A DNA stretch of 64,000 nucleotides, taken from the NCBI GenBank assembly GCA_903862935.1, contig CAIOZY010000017.1, forward strand, positions 5,649 through 69,648. Direction: 5' to 3'. Below are positions 47,785 to 59,158 of this stretch, piece by piece. The notes beneath the pieces were generated by a model. That model made no database searches. It worked only from the letters and a program-made list of their open reading frames with translations, and was not told where the DNA came from. A program made the translations under genes and the position numbers. Every line of letters starts with the position of its first letter. Position 1 is the first letter of the stretch. Origin of the DNA: an uncultured Opitutaceae bacterium. GTDB taxonomy: Bacteria > Verrucomicrobiota > Verrucomicrobiia > Opitutales > Opitutaceae.

Positions 47785-48942
47785 ATGATGCAGACACAGA
47801 CGAGCCGACGCTCCTGCGCCGTTCTGGCCGCCTGGGTGCTTGTGCTTGCGCAGCCGCGCGAAGCCAAGGCCGAGAACGATCTTAGCTACCACTACGAGGA
47901 GTACCGCGAGGCCGGCCGCATCACCGTTCGTTCCCAAGGAGCGCAGGCCGAGCAGGATCTGGGCACGGACATGCGCGTGAAGATCGGGGGCGTGATCGAC
48001 TCGATAGCGGGTGCCACGCCAACGGGCGAGCCGGCGCCGGCCGGGAGCGACCAGGTGATTCTCAGCCATCTGAGCGACCTGAGGCGCGCCTGGAACGCCG
48101 AGGTCTCAAAGCAGCTTCCGAGGGTCAACGTGGCGCTCGGTTTCTCCCGGAGCGTCGAACACGACTACGCCTCGAACGGTTGGTCGATAAACACGCTGAC
48201 GGATTTTAACCAGAAAAACACGACGGTCCTCCTGGGGGTTGCGGGCACCGACGACAACGTCGAGGTTTTCTTCAAGCCGGCATGGCTGCGCAAGGTGTCC
48301 AACGATGTGATCGCCGGGGTGACCCAGCTTATCGATCCCCGCACCTCCGTGACGGCGGACCTGACTTGGGGCCGGGAGACGGGCTTCTTGAACGATCAGT
48401 ACAAGCTGGTCGAAAAGGACATCCAGATTCTGCCCGGAATTTTTCTTCCGGAAACCTTTGCGGAAAACCGGCCGAACGAGCGAACCAAGGTGGTTGCGTT
48501 TCTCTCCGTCAACCGGGCGTTTCCCGGGGCCAAGGGGGCGCTTGAGGCAAGCTATCGCTTCTATCACGACACTTACGGAATCTCCGCCCATACCCTGGAT
48601 CTGGCCTGGTTCCAGCAGCTCTCGGACAGGGTCGTCCTGCGCCTGAGCGTGCGGCCCTACCAGCAGGACGCCGCCGGCTTCTATCACTACCGCCTGAACG
48701 ACACCCCCCTGATTCCAACCCGCTTTCCCAATCCCCAGGGCCCCTTTTATTCCTCGGATGGCCGCCTCTCTGCGCTGCGCAGTCTCGATTGCGGCCTCAA
48801 GGCGGTATGGACCGCCGCGGCCTGGCTGCAGCTGGGCGCCGAGGTGAGCCGCTACACCCAGCGGGGAACCGACGGGGTGATCCCCCAGAGCGCCTACTAT
48901 CGCGCCACCGTGACCTCGGCCAGCGCGAGGCTCTCCTGGTAG
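47785..48942 (+). CDS. DUF3570-like predicted outer-membrane beta-barrel protein
   Basis: Signal peptide (CAVLAAWVLVLAQPREAKA), alternating beta-strand-like sequence and a terminal aromatic residue (...SARLSW). N-terminal LSYHYEEYRE...GGVIDSIAGATPTG region. Family assignment is from recall of DUF3570 proteins, which I recall sitting next to ApbE/DUF4266. Confidence 0.65.
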   Translation: MMQTQTSRRSCAVLAAWVLVLAQPREAKAENDLSYHYEEYREAGRITVRSQGAQAEQDLGTDMRVKIGGVIDSIAGATPTGEPAPAGSDQVILSHLSDLRRAWNAEVSKQLPRVNVALGFSRSVEHDYASNGWSINTLTDFNQKNTTVLLGVAGTDDNVEVFFKPAWLRKVSNDVIAGVTQLIDPRTSVTADLTWGRETGFLNDQYKLVEKDIQILPGIFLPETFAENRPNERTKVVAFLSVNRAFPGAKGALEASYRFYHDTYGISAHTLDLAWFQQLSDRVVLRLSVRPYQQDAAGFYHYRLNDTPLIPTRFPNPQGPFYSSDGRLSALRSLDCGLKAVWTAAAWLQLGAEVSRYTQRGTDGVIPQSAYYRATVTSASARLSW

Positions 48943-48954
48943 CCCGACTGCCCC

Positions 48955-49950
48955 ATGGCCTTCATCGCGCAGTCGCATAAAGCCCCCGAACCCCCGGATC
49001 CGTCCGGCCCGGTGGGCCCGCCGCTTAGGAAGAGGGTATTCCCCGCTCTTGGAACGAGTTGCGAGCTTCAGTACTCGGCGCCCGGAGGTGACCGCCAGGC
49101 CCAGGATTTTGAGCGCCGTGCAGTCGCCTGGGTCGAGTCTTTCGAGGCGCGGTACTCCCGCTTCCGCCCGGAGAGCCTCCTGAGCCGAGTCAACGCTGCC
49201 GCGGGACGGGCCTGGGTCGAAGTCGACCCGGAGATGGAGCAGATGTTCAAACTCTGCGACACCCTGCATTTCATGACGCAGGGTGTCCTGGACCCGACGG
49301 CGCTGCCGCTCATCCGGCTGTGGAACTGGAAGGCGGAGGCTCCGGTGATCCCGCCTGACGGGGCGGTGGCTGTCGCCCGGCGTCTGGTCGGCTGGCCGAA
49401 GGTGCAGCGCTCCCCCGGAAAGATCTTTCTCCCCGAGTCGGGCATGGCCCTGGACTTTGGGGGATTCGGCAAAGAGTACGCCGTCGACATGGTCTCCCAG
49501 ATTGCGGCTGACGGAGGGATTTCGGATGTTCTCGTGGACTTCGGGCACGACCTCCGGCTCCGTGGGGCGCCGCCCGGCAGGCCCGCCTGGCACATTGGGC
49601 TCGAAGATCCACACCGGCCCGGGCAGCCGTGGGCAAGCGTGGCCCTTTCCGGAAGCCGCGGGATTGCATCCTCGGGGGACTACATCCGCAGGTTCGTCAT
49701 CGAGGGGCGTCGTTACGGGCACATTGTCGATCCGCGCACGGGCCGCCCCGTTGCCAACGGATGCATTCAGGCGACCGTGATCGCCTCGACCTGTCTCCAG
49801 GCGGGGGCGCTTTCGACGACGGCCTTCGTTCTGGGAATTCCCCAGGGAATTGACTTTATCCAGGCCTGTCCTGGGGCCGAGGGTTTGATTATTGCCGAAA
49901 CATCCCGGGCCCAAACCCGCGGCTTCTTCCACCATGTCGTTTCTTCATAG
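48955..49950 (+). CDS. apbE: FAD:protein FMN transferase
   Basis: ALGTSCELQY, SRFRPESLLSRVN, GVLDPTALPLIRLW, ALDFGGFGKEYAVD, IASSGDY...GHIVDPRTGRP. The ORF shows no signal peptide or lipobox. Confidence 0.85.
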   Translation: MAFIAQSHKAPEPPDPSGPVGPPLRKRVFPALGTSCELQYSAPGGDRQAQDFERRAVAWVESFEARYSRFRPESLLSRVNAAAGRAWVEVDPEMEQMFKLCDTLHFMTQGVLDPTALPLIRLWNWKAEAPVIPPDGAVAVARRLVGWPKVQRSPGKIFLPESGMALDFGGFGKEYAVDMVSQIAADGGISDVLVDFGHDLRLRGAPPGRPAWHIGLEDPHRPGQPWASVALSGSRGIASSGDYIRRFVIEGRRYGHIVDPRTGRPVANGCIQATVIASTCLQAGALSTTAFVLGIPQGIDFIQACPGAEGLIIAETSRAQTRGFFHHVVSS

Positions 49951-50440
49951 CCTCTGCCGTATCCTGGGCGTCCTCCTCGCCTTCGCCGCAGTACCCGCGC
50001 TCCGGTCTGAGGTGAAGGTGGGCGACCGCTTCCCGTCACTCGAGGGCGCCGGATTGGCCGGGAGCCTGCCGCAGACTCGGGGCCAGGTGGTTCTGGTTGA
50101 TTTCTGGGCCTCCTGGTGCGAGCCATGCCGGGCCTCGTTTCCCGCCTACGCCCGGATCCATGCAGACTTCGCGGCCCGCGGATTGGTCATTGTCGCGGTG
50201 AGCGTGGACGAGAAGCCAGCTGCCTATTCGGCCTTTCTCAAGAGAAATGAGCCTCCGTTCTCCACGGTCCGCGATCAGGACCGCAAGCTCGTGCAGGAGG
50301 TTCGGGTGCCCGCCATGCCAACGAGCTACCTCATCGATCGGGAGGGTCGGGTACGCTTCATCCACCCCGGCTTCCATGGTTGGGAAACGGAAGCCCGGCT
50401 TCGCTCGGAGATCGAGACCCTCCTGTCCGGGAGACCATGA
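49934..50440 (+). CDS. TlpA-like periplasmic thiol:disulfide oxidoreductase
   Basis: Signal peptide MSFLHSLCRILGVLLAFAAVPALRS and the thioredoxin motif FWASWCEPC. It overlaps the apbE 3' end by 17 nt. Confidence 0.8.
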   Translation: MSFLHSLCRILGVLLAFAAVPALRSEVKVGDRFPSLEGAGLAGSLPQTRGQVVLVDFWASWCEPCRASFPAYARIHADFAARGLVIVAVSVDEKPAAYSAFLKRNEPPFSTVRDQDRKLVQEVRVPAMPTSYLIDREGRVRFIHPGFHGWETEARLRSEIETLLSGRP

Positions 50441-50444
50441 CCCC

Positions 50445-50693
50445 ATGAGACTCAACCCCGATCGCCGCCTAGCCCTCCTCGTCATTCTAGGGCTCGCCGC
50501 GGCCGCCTGCGGCGGCTGCGCCGGTTTCAACCCCGTCCGCGTCCAGCCCTGGGAGAGAGGCACCCTCGCCGACTATACGATGAGGCCGGACCGCGACCCC
50601 CTGGGCACGATGTTCGCCGAGCACGTGTACTTCTCGCGGGAGGCCGCGGCAGGGGGCCGGGGCGTTGGCGGCAGCGGCTGCGGCTGTAACTAA
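50445..50693 (+). CDS. DUF4266-like small lipoprotein
   Basis: Lipobox LGLAAAAC, then VQPWERGTLADYTMRPDRDPL...EHVYFSREAAAGG and a Cys-rich end GGSGCGCN. 82 aa. Family assignment from recall. Confidence 0.65.
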   Translation: MRLNPDRRLALLVILGLAAAACGGCAGFNPVRVQPWERGTLADYTMRPDRDPLGTMFAEHVYFSREAAAGGRGVGGSGCGCN

Positions 50694-50793
50694 CACGGGC
50701 GAAGGGGTGGGGAAGAAGGAACTGGCACCGGAACTTGGTGTCAGGCCGAGGATTGACGCCTGCCGCCCAGGCTCTTGCATCAGCCTTTTTCAA

Positions 50794-52722
50794 ATGCCCT
50801 CCGCTGCCTCCCTCTGTCGCCGGCTCCGCTGGGTGAATCTGCCGACTACCGTTCTGATCGCGCTCCTGCAGCGCCTGCCCATTGAGCGCGTTGCGGAGTT
50901 TGCGGGTCGCATCGCTGCTGTCTCTCCCGCCGGTGCCATCCTTAAGTCCGCCTTTAGCGTGGTGTCCCTGGGGGCCGTCCACTCGCTTGCCGGGGCAACC
51001 CGCACCGTGGCGAGCCCGGTGAGCCCGCTGAGCGCGACGGCCGGCCAGGCGATCAGTCCCGTGGTCTTCTCGACCACAGGCACCCAATCGGCTCCCAGTT
51101 CGTGGGAGGTGACATCCGGAACCATTCCGCCCGGGCTGGATCTGAGCGGCCTGACGGGAATAGGAGTCAGGAACACCATCACGTCCTACGCCCTGCTTGA
51201 GGGCACCCCGACGACACCCGGGACCTACACCTTCGCTGTTGTTGCCTGGGAGTATCCGAACGGCTCAAACGCGAAAAACAACCTGGCTTCGCCATCGCTG
51301 TCCTACACCGTCAACGTCGCTGCAGCGGCTGGAACCGCCCCCTCGATCACGACGCAATCCTCGTCACAGTCTGCGGCCGCAGGCTCCACCGTCACCCTCC
51401 AGGTCGTGGCCTCAGGCACCGCGCCCCTGAGCTACCAATGGCGGCTCAACGGCTCAAACGTGTCGGGTCCCAACTTCACCGGCGGAAACACCGCTACGCT
51501 GCAGATCTCAAACTTTGGGGCCGCTGTAGCGGGAACCTACACGGTGGTGGTGAGCAACTCCTCCGGTACCGCGGCCTCAAACCCCATCAGCCTGACTGTA
51601 AGCAATTCGGGAACCCTGCCGTTATTCACGGCCCAGCCTTCGTCGTACACGGTTGAGACGGGCTCAACTGCCGTCTTTAGCGTGGTGGTGAGCGGGACGC
51701 CGTCCCCGACCCTCCAGTGGAGCCGGGGAGGCTCACCGATTTCGGGGGCGACCTCAGCCCGCCTCGTCATCTCGAACACCTCAGTGGCCGACAACGGCAC
51801 CTACACTTGCACGGCGACCAACTCTGCGGGAACGGCAACAAGCAGCGCCGCAATCCTCTCCATAGAGACCGCTGCAGACCCGGGGCGTCTGGTTAACCTG
51901 TCGGTCAACGCTAAGGTGAACCTCTCGATCGGTATTCCGAACCTGATCATGGGGTTTGTGACTGGGGGATCGGGAACGACGGGCTCCCAGGCCCTGATGA
52001 TCCGGGCCGGGGGCCCGGCTCTCATCCCGTACGGGGTGAGTGGGGTCTTGGCGGACCCGGAGCTGACGGTCTTCAACGGCTCGGCCTCGATTGCCTCGAA
52101 TGCGGGCTGGGGAACGCCCTCAAGCAACATTGCCTTGGTAAACGCGGCCCAGGCAAACACGGGCGCGGGGTTGGTCTACACAAACACCGCGAGCCTGGAC
52201 TCTGCGGTCGTGCTATCGCTTGCGGCCAGCCCCGGGTACACGGTGCAGGTCGACGGCAAGAACGGGGACTCGGGCCAGACCCTGGCCGAGGTCTATGACA
52301 ACACCCTGGCCAACACCTACACCCTGGCCACACCGCGGCTCGTGAACCTGTCTTGCCGGATCACGGTACCGGCGAACGGGAGCCTGACGGACGGCTTCTA
52401 CGTCGGGGGTTCGACGGCGAAGACGGTCCTGATCCGAGCGATAGGCCCCGGCCTTTCCGCTTATGGGATCACGGGCGCCATGTCGGACCCTGTCTTGACG
52501 GTAAACGCTGGCAGCACGGTGATAGCAACCAACTCCGGCTGGGGCGGCGATCCGCAGCTTGCGGCGGCGATGAATTCGGTCAGCGCGCAACCTAACCCGC
52601 CCCAGGTCCACGATGCGGTGGTCCTCCTGACTCTGCAGCCCGGCCAGTCCTACACCGCGGTCGCCACCAGCGCGAGCAACACTGCCGGCAACGTCCTGGT
52701 CGACATTTACGAGGTGCCCTGA
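50794..52722 (+). CDS. large Ig-like repeat protein (two I-set-like Ig domains plus a duplicated C-terminal domain)
   Basis: Ig-like modules (PSITTQSSSQSAAAGSTVTLQVVASGTAPLSYQWRLNGS...GTYTVVVSNSSG; LFTAQPSSYTVETGSTAVFSVVVSGTPSPTLQWSRGG...NGTYTCTATNSAG). These are followed by two about 130-aa repeats, each starting RLVNLS. The start codon is uncertain. Confidence 0.7.
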   Translation: MPSAASLCRRLRWVNLPTTVLIALLQRLPIERVAEFAGRIAAVSPAGAILKSAFSVVSLGAVHSLAGATRTVASPVSPLSATAGQAISPVVFSTTGTQSAPSSWEVTSGTIPPGLDLSGLTGIGVRNTITSYALLEGTPTTPGTYTFAVVAWEYPNGSNAKNNLASPSLSYTVNVAAAAGTAPSITTQSSSQSAAAGSTVTLQVVASGTAPLSYQWRLNGSNVSGPNFTGGNTATLQISNFGAAVAGTYTVVVSNSSGTAASNPISLTVSNSGTLPLFTAQPSSYTVETGSTAVFSVVVSGTPSPTLQWSRGGSPISGATSARLVISNTSVADNGTYTCTATNSAGTATSSAAILSIETAADPGRLVNLSVNAKVNLSIGIPNLIMGFVTGGSGTTGSQALMIRAGGPALIPYGVSGVLADPELTVFNGSASIASNAGWGTPSSNIALVNAAQANTGAGLVYTNTASLDSAVVLSLAASPGYTVQVDGKNGDSGQTLAEVYDNTLANTYTLATPRLVNLSCRITVPANGSLTDGFYVGGSTAKTVLIRAIGPGLSAYGITGAMSDPVLTVNAGSTVIATNSGWGGDPQLAAAMNSVSAQPNPPQVHDAVVLLTLQPGQSYTAVATSASNTAGNVLVDIYEVP

Positions 52723-52732
52723 CGGGCGTGTG

Positions 52733-53989
52733 TCACATCTTGAAGCTGGCGCTGACTTTGAATACGGCGCTCACGATCGCAAACGCGATGAACCCGACGA
52801 AGATGAAGACAGCCATCAGAACTGCGCTCGCGATCACCCGGGTGAAGGCGTTGAGCCGGTTCGAGATGACACGCTGGTAGTCCCGGGAAATGTCCCGCAG
52901 GCTGCGCACGACGTTGCCTGTGTTCTCGCCGACCGCAAGACGGTCCAAGACGAGATCGGGAAAACACCCTGTCCGCCCGATCGCCGTCGAAAGGGCCTCG
53001 CCTTCCAGGACGCGTGCCGTCGCCTCGTTAAAGGCCTTCTGATGGACCCGGTTTGAGATCTGGCGCTCGGTCATCCTCAACGCCTCGGAGGCGTTAATGC
53101 CGTTCTCGAGCAGGACGTGAAGGGTCTGACTGAATGCGAGCACGGTCTGGGCGACAATGAACGGGCCCACGAGCGGCAGGCGAAGGAGCCAGGCGTCGCT
53201 TGCCTCCCGGCCGGGGCCGGTAGCGCGCCAGCGCCAGAAGGAGATCGCGGCCAACGCCGCTGCCAGGACGATGAAGATCCCGTAATGCAGGGCAAACGAT
53301 GACAGGGAGATCAAAATCTGGGTAGAAAGAGGCATCGTGCCCCCGAGCGAATTGAGCAGGACTTGCAGCCGGGGCAGCAGAAAGAACAGGAAGAAGAGGA
53401 TCACCCCGCCCGCGACCACAACCATGAACGCGGGGTAGGCGAGCGCGGTCGTCAGCTGTTGGCGCAGCTCCCTCTGCTCAGTGAGGTGAGCGATCAGGCG
53501 GGCGACGGTCTCGCTCAGGGATCCCGTGGCCTCGCCGGCCTGGATCAGGTTGATGGTGGCCGGGTCGAAGACCTCGGGAAAATCCGCCATAGCCCGGGAC
53601 AAGGGGGCTCCCTCACTGAGACGCTCCCACAGGCCGTTGCACAGCGCGCGGAGCCGCGGCTCCTTAATGCGGATTGAAAGCAGCCGCACGGCCTCGCCGG
53701 CGGAAAGCCCACTGGAGGTCAGGTCGTGGAGGGACTCAAGAAAGGGAAGACGCTCACTGCGGCGCGGCGTCGTGTCGCGCTGCCGCCGCCATCGTTTCCG
53801 CGCCGCCCGCTCGGCTGCGGGTTTCGCCGCGGCTGGCCTGGCCGCCGAATCCGGAGCCTCGGCGATGGAGGCCACATGGAGGCCGCGGGAGGCCAGCATT
53901 CTCAGGGCGTCCCTCCGACTGGGGGCCTCGAGGTCTCCCTGGCGGGCGGTCCCCGACGCGTCGCGGGCGGAATAAGAGAAACGGGGCAT
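52733..53989 (-). CDS. gspF: type II secretion inner-membrane platform protein
   Basis: Two T2SSF-type repeats (LPFLESLHDLTSSGLSAGEAV...; ...LENGINASEALRMT...) and three TM segments. 418 aa. Confidence 0.85.
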   Translation of the reverse strand: MPRFSYSARDASGTARQGDLEAPSRRDALRMLASRGLHVASIAEAPDSAARPAAAKPAAERAARKRWRRQRDTTPRRSERLPFLESLHDLTSSGLSAGEAVRLLSIRIKEPRLRALCNGLWERLSEGAPLSRAMADFPEVFDPATINLIQAGEATGSLSETVARLIAHLTEQRELRQQLTTALAYPAFMVVVAGGVILFFLFFLLPRLQVLLNSLGGTMPLSTQILISLSSFALHYGIFIVLAAALAAISFWRWRATGPGREASDAWLLRLPLVGPFIVAQTVLAFSQTLHVLLENGINASEALRMTERQISNRVHQKAFNEATARVLEGEALSTAIGRTGCFPDLVLDRLAVGENTGNVVRSLRDISRDYQRVISNRLNAFTRVIASAVLMAVFIFVGFIAFAIVSAVFKVSASFKM

Positions 53990-53995
53990 GCTCCG

Positions 53996-55711
<1,716 letters not shown>

Positions 55712-55713
55712 GG

Positions 55714-57825
55714 CTAATTCTTGAAGCGGTCGATGAAGTTCTGGACCTTCGAGTCGGGCTTCTGATCGCCCGGATCGGCGAGGAATCTCTTGATTTGATC
55801 GCGGTTCGAGAGCTCCTCGACGCGCTTGCGCACGTCGGCCGATCCATCCGTCGGGGAAAGAATCTCGGGACGTATGAAGAAAAGCAGCTCGGTGCGGTCC
55901 GTCTGGTCGGTGTGCCCCCCGAGAATTTGGCTCAGGATCGGGATCTCGTAGAGAAACCCGATCTTGTTCTGGGTCGTGGTCTTCTTCGCCTGCTGCAGGC
56001 CGCCGAGCACGATCATCTGGCCGTCCTTCACCGTGACGAACGACTTCATTTCGCGGTGGTCGATTACAGGCTGGGTGTCCCCGGCCTGGATCGTGATGTA
56101 GCTGCCGATATCGTCGACCTTTTGGTCAATCGTGAGCTGGATGTCGCCGTTTTCACCGATAAGGGGCGTGACCGTCAGGTCGATCGCAACGTTCTGGTAG
56201 GTGGAACTGAAGGAGTTGACGGGGGACACACCCGTGGTCGCTAGGGTGCTCTGCCCGCCGTTGATGATCGGCACCTGCTGGCCGACCGTGACCTGCGCGG
56301 GCTTGTTGTGCGCAGTCACGATCACGGGGGCCTGGAGGACGTGGATCACGTTCTTTGTGCCAGTGGAGGCCGAATTGAAGGCGGCGTTGAAGGCGAGCGG
56401 GTTGACAACTCCGCTTGTGAAGTCCCAGCCGGAGATGCTGGTTCCGGGGATCGCCGTCGTTGTGGCCGTGCCGGTGGTCGTGCTGCCGGTCGAACTCCCG
56501 GCAAAGTTGGTGACGTGCGTCGCCCCGTTCTGCTGGCCGACGGTTAGTCCCAAGGCGGTGATCCCGCTGATATCGCTGTTGGTGAGGGTGACCTCGGCGA
56601 TGATCACCTGGATCCGGACCTGGGCGAGGGCGATGTCCAGCTTCTCGATCAACTCCCGGATGAGACGGATGTCGTCGACCGTGCCGGAGACGACCACCGA
56701 GTTGCTCCGCTCGTCGGGCTGGATCGTCATGAAACTGCTGAACTCGTTCGTGGCTGCGCCCTCCTTGGTTCCCGCCGCCGTCGCTACTGGCTGGATGTTC
56801 GCGACCTCCCCGGGACGCACGGACGGAGTGGACGACTTCTGGGCTGCCTGGTTCTGGCCGGTGACGACCGCCGAGAGCAGCGTCGTCAGGTCCTTTGCGT
56901 CGGCGTGCTTAAGGTAGATCACCTCGTTTCGGGTATTTGGGTCGGATTTGACGTCGAGCCTGCCTATCAGTTCGTCGAAATACGGCACCTCCCTCGGGTC
57001 GCAGATGACAATCACCTGGTTCGTGCGGTCGTCAGCCTGGTAGGTCGTGGCTGTCCCAATCTGGATCTGGACTGCTCCGCTGCCCAGCAGCGCCTTCATT
57101 TTGGTCACCAGATCGCTGGCCTTGGCGTAGTGCAGCGGGTAAAATTTTGGAGTGCAGCCGCTGAGCATCGGCCGGTCGAGCGAATGAATGAGCAGCTCGA
57201 CGCGCTGGAGGTTGCTGACGGTATCCGTGATCAAGGCTGCGTTCGCCTTTTCCAGGAGAACAACCCCGCCGCCGATTCCCGGGGTAAACAGAGTGGTCAG
57301 CCCCTGGCTAAAGAACTCGTTGGCCCGCAAGAACTCCAGCTGGAAGATCTTTGTAGCGATCCTGCCGCTCGGCTGCATGTCCAGGGTCGAGCCGGCGATA
57401 AAGTCAGGAGCCTCTGCGCGGGTCACGGAAAGGGGCACGACTTTCAGAAAGTGATCCCCCATCGGGACGACTCCGATCTGGTTCAGTGAAAGCAAAGTTT
57501 CCAGGGCTAGGATCAGCTCCGACTTTGGTATATGGTTTAATCGCAGGGTGTAACCGCCTGTGGCCACCGGCAGCGTCCCTGGCCGGATGATCGAGCGGCC
57601 CGTGTAGGCCTCCAGGGCCCCGAGAACTGCGTCGATGTCGCCCTCAGAGATCTTGAAGGACTCGATGATCTCGTCGCCGGGCTTGCCCGCTGTGGCGGTG
57701 GGTTTAGGGGCACCTGCCGGGCGGACAACCTGAGGGGGGGTCTCGGCCGAAACCTGTGCGCGGGCCGTGAGGCCGGCAGCCAGGAGGCCGGCGGAGAGAA
57801 GCAGGCTGGCTTGACGGAGGATCAT
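55714..57825 (-). CDS. gspD: type II secretion secretin
   Basis: Signal peptide MILRQASLLLSAGLLAAGLTARA, N-domains, and a C-terminal secretin domain (MIVLGGLQQ...IGFLYEIPILSQILG...RTELLFFIRPEIL). ATG 57825 is preferred over the track start at 57918. Confidence 0.85.
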   Translation of the reverse strand: MILRQASLLLSAGLLAAGLTARAQVSAETPPQVVRPAGAPKPTATAGKPGDEIIESFKISEGDIDAVLGALEAYTGRSIIRPGTLPVATGGYTLRLNHIPKSELILALETLLSLNQIGVVPMGDHFLKVVPLSVTRAEAPDFIAGSTLDMQPSGRIATKIFQLEFLRANEFFSQGLTTLFTPGIGGGVVLLEKANAALITDTVSNLQRVELLIHSLDRPMLSGCTPKFYPLHYAKASDLVTKMKALLGSGAVQIQIGTATTYQADDRTNQVIVICDPREVPYFDELIGRLDVKSDPNTRNEVIYLKHADAKDLTTLLSAVVTGQNQAAQKSSTPSVRPGEVANIQPVATAAGTKEGAATNEFSSFMTIQPDERSNSVVVSGTVDDIRLIRELIEKLDIALAQVRIQVIIAEVTLTNSDISGITALGLTVGQQNGATHVTNFAGSSTGSTTTGTATTTAIPGTSISGWDFTSGVVNPLAFNAAFNSASTGTKNVIHVLQAPVIVTAHNKPAQVTVGQQVPIINGGQSTLATTGVSPVNSFSSTYQNVAIDLTVTPLIGENGDIQLTIDQKVDDIGSYITIQAGDTQPVIDHREMKSFVTVKDGQMIVLGGLQQAKKTTTQNKIGFLYEIPILSQILGGHTDQTDRTELLFFIRPEILSPTDGSADVRKRVEELSNRDQIKRFLADPGDQKPDSKVQNFIDRFKN

Positions 57826-58012
57826 GCGGTGTTCGGGGGACGTTTTGGGGAGGCCTTGCGGGCGCGCCGGAAGCAAGATCAGAGGATAAATCGGCCGGGT
57901 TGTAAAGGTGATGTGCATGACGAAGAGGGCGGGACGAGGTTGTGGACCATTTTTTCAGCTTTCCCGTTCCCGACAAACCCGCTACGCCATCCCCGGAGTC
58001 CTTCTGCCATTC

Positions 58013-59104
58013 ATGCCCAACACCTTCGGCAAACTCTTCACTGTAGCGACCTGGGGCGAGAGCCACGGACCGGCTGTTGGTGTCGTGGTCGATGGCTGCC
58101 CTCCCATGCTCCCGATCGCGGCCGAGGAAATCCAGGCAGAGTTGGACCGACGGCGCCCCGGCCAGAGCGACCTGGTAACTTCCCGCAAGGAGGAGGACCG
58201 TGTGGAGATCCTCTCTGGAGTTTTTGAGGGTCGCACGACCGGGGCGCCGATCTCGCTTCTGGTGCGCAATGCAGACGCCCGGCCAGGCGCTTACGACGAG
58301 ATGAGGGAGAAGTTCCGGCCGTCCCATGCCGACTATGCCTACCAGGCTAAGTTTGGCATTCGCGACCACAGAGGAGGCGGACGTAGCTCCGCCCGTGAGA
58401 CGGTCGGCCGTGTAGCCGCTGGAGCGATCGCTAGAAAGGTTCTGGCTCTGGCCGCGGGGGTCGAGATCCGGGCTTTCGTGCAAAGTATCCACACGATCCG
58501 AATGCCCGACACCAACCGGTTTCCAACACTGGCTGAGGTTGAGGCGAACCCTGTCCGATGCCCCGATCAAGCAACCGCCGCGGCGATGGCCGACCTGATC
58601 CGGCAGGTCCGCTCAGACGGGGACTCCGTCGGCGGCGTTATCGGTTGCCGGATTCGGGGCGTTCCGGCTGGGTTGGGCGAGCCCGTGTTCGACCGCCTCG
58701 AGGCAGATCTTGCCAAGGCGATGCTCTCGCTCCCTGCGACAAAGGGCTTCGAGGTCGGCAGCGGCTTTTCCGGCACCACGATCAGGGGGTCCGAGCACAA
58801 CGACGTATTCCGAGCCCCGGGCGGGGTAATTCGGACGGAGACCAACCGCTCGGGCGGCGTCCAGGGCGGCATCAGCAACGGCGAAGAAATCGCTTTCCGC
58901 GTCGCCTTCAAACCAACCGCGACGATCATGAAGTCCCAGCCCACGGTCGACATTCGTGGAGGTGAGACCGACCTCGCTGGACGGGGGCGCCATGATCCCT
59001 GCGTCCTGCCGAGGGCCGTCCCGATTGTCGAGGCGATGGCTGCGCTCGTCCTTGTCGACCATTGGATGCGCCAGGCCGCCCAAAACCGGACATTCAAGTT
59101 CTAA
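58013..59104 (+). CDS. aroC: chorismate synthase
   Basis: [60 protein letters not shown] 58013. Confidence 0.9.
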   Translation: MPNTFGKLFTVATWGESHGPAVGVVVDGCPPMLPIAAEEIQAELDRRRPGQSDLVTSRKEEDRVEILSGVFEGRTTGAPISLLVRNADARPGAYDEMREKFRPSHADYAYQAKFGIRDHRGGGRSSARETVGRVAAGAIARKVLALAAGVEIRAFVQSIHTIRMPDTNRFPTLAEVEANPVRCPDQATAAAMADLIRQVRSDGDSVGGVIGCRIRGVPAGLGEPVFDRLEADLAKAMLSLPATKGFEVGSGFSGTTIRGSEHNDVFRAPGGVIRTETNRSGGVQGGISNGEEIAFRVAFKPTATIMKSQPTVDIRGGETDLAGRGRHDPCVLPRAVPIVEAMAALVLVDHWMRQAAQNRTFKF

Positions 59105-59158
59105 CACCGAGGAGGGTGTGGGAGAACCCGCGCACTCTGCTATTCGGTACCCAATCCC

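Noticed and set aside
48106-49935. Very long antisense ORFs. Examples are 48106-49935 (609 aa), 27170-28651 (493 aa), 10909-12036 (375 aa), 53726-54721 (331 aa), 7604-8695 (363 aa) and 12632-13588 (318 aa).
   Set aside because: All lie opposite well-supported genes (DUF3570/apbE, ABC-F, aroE, gspE/F, aroG, yggS). They translate to Arg/Gly/Pro/Ala-rich low-complexity sequence with no motifs. This is the usual stop-codon-poor antisense frame of high-GC DNA.
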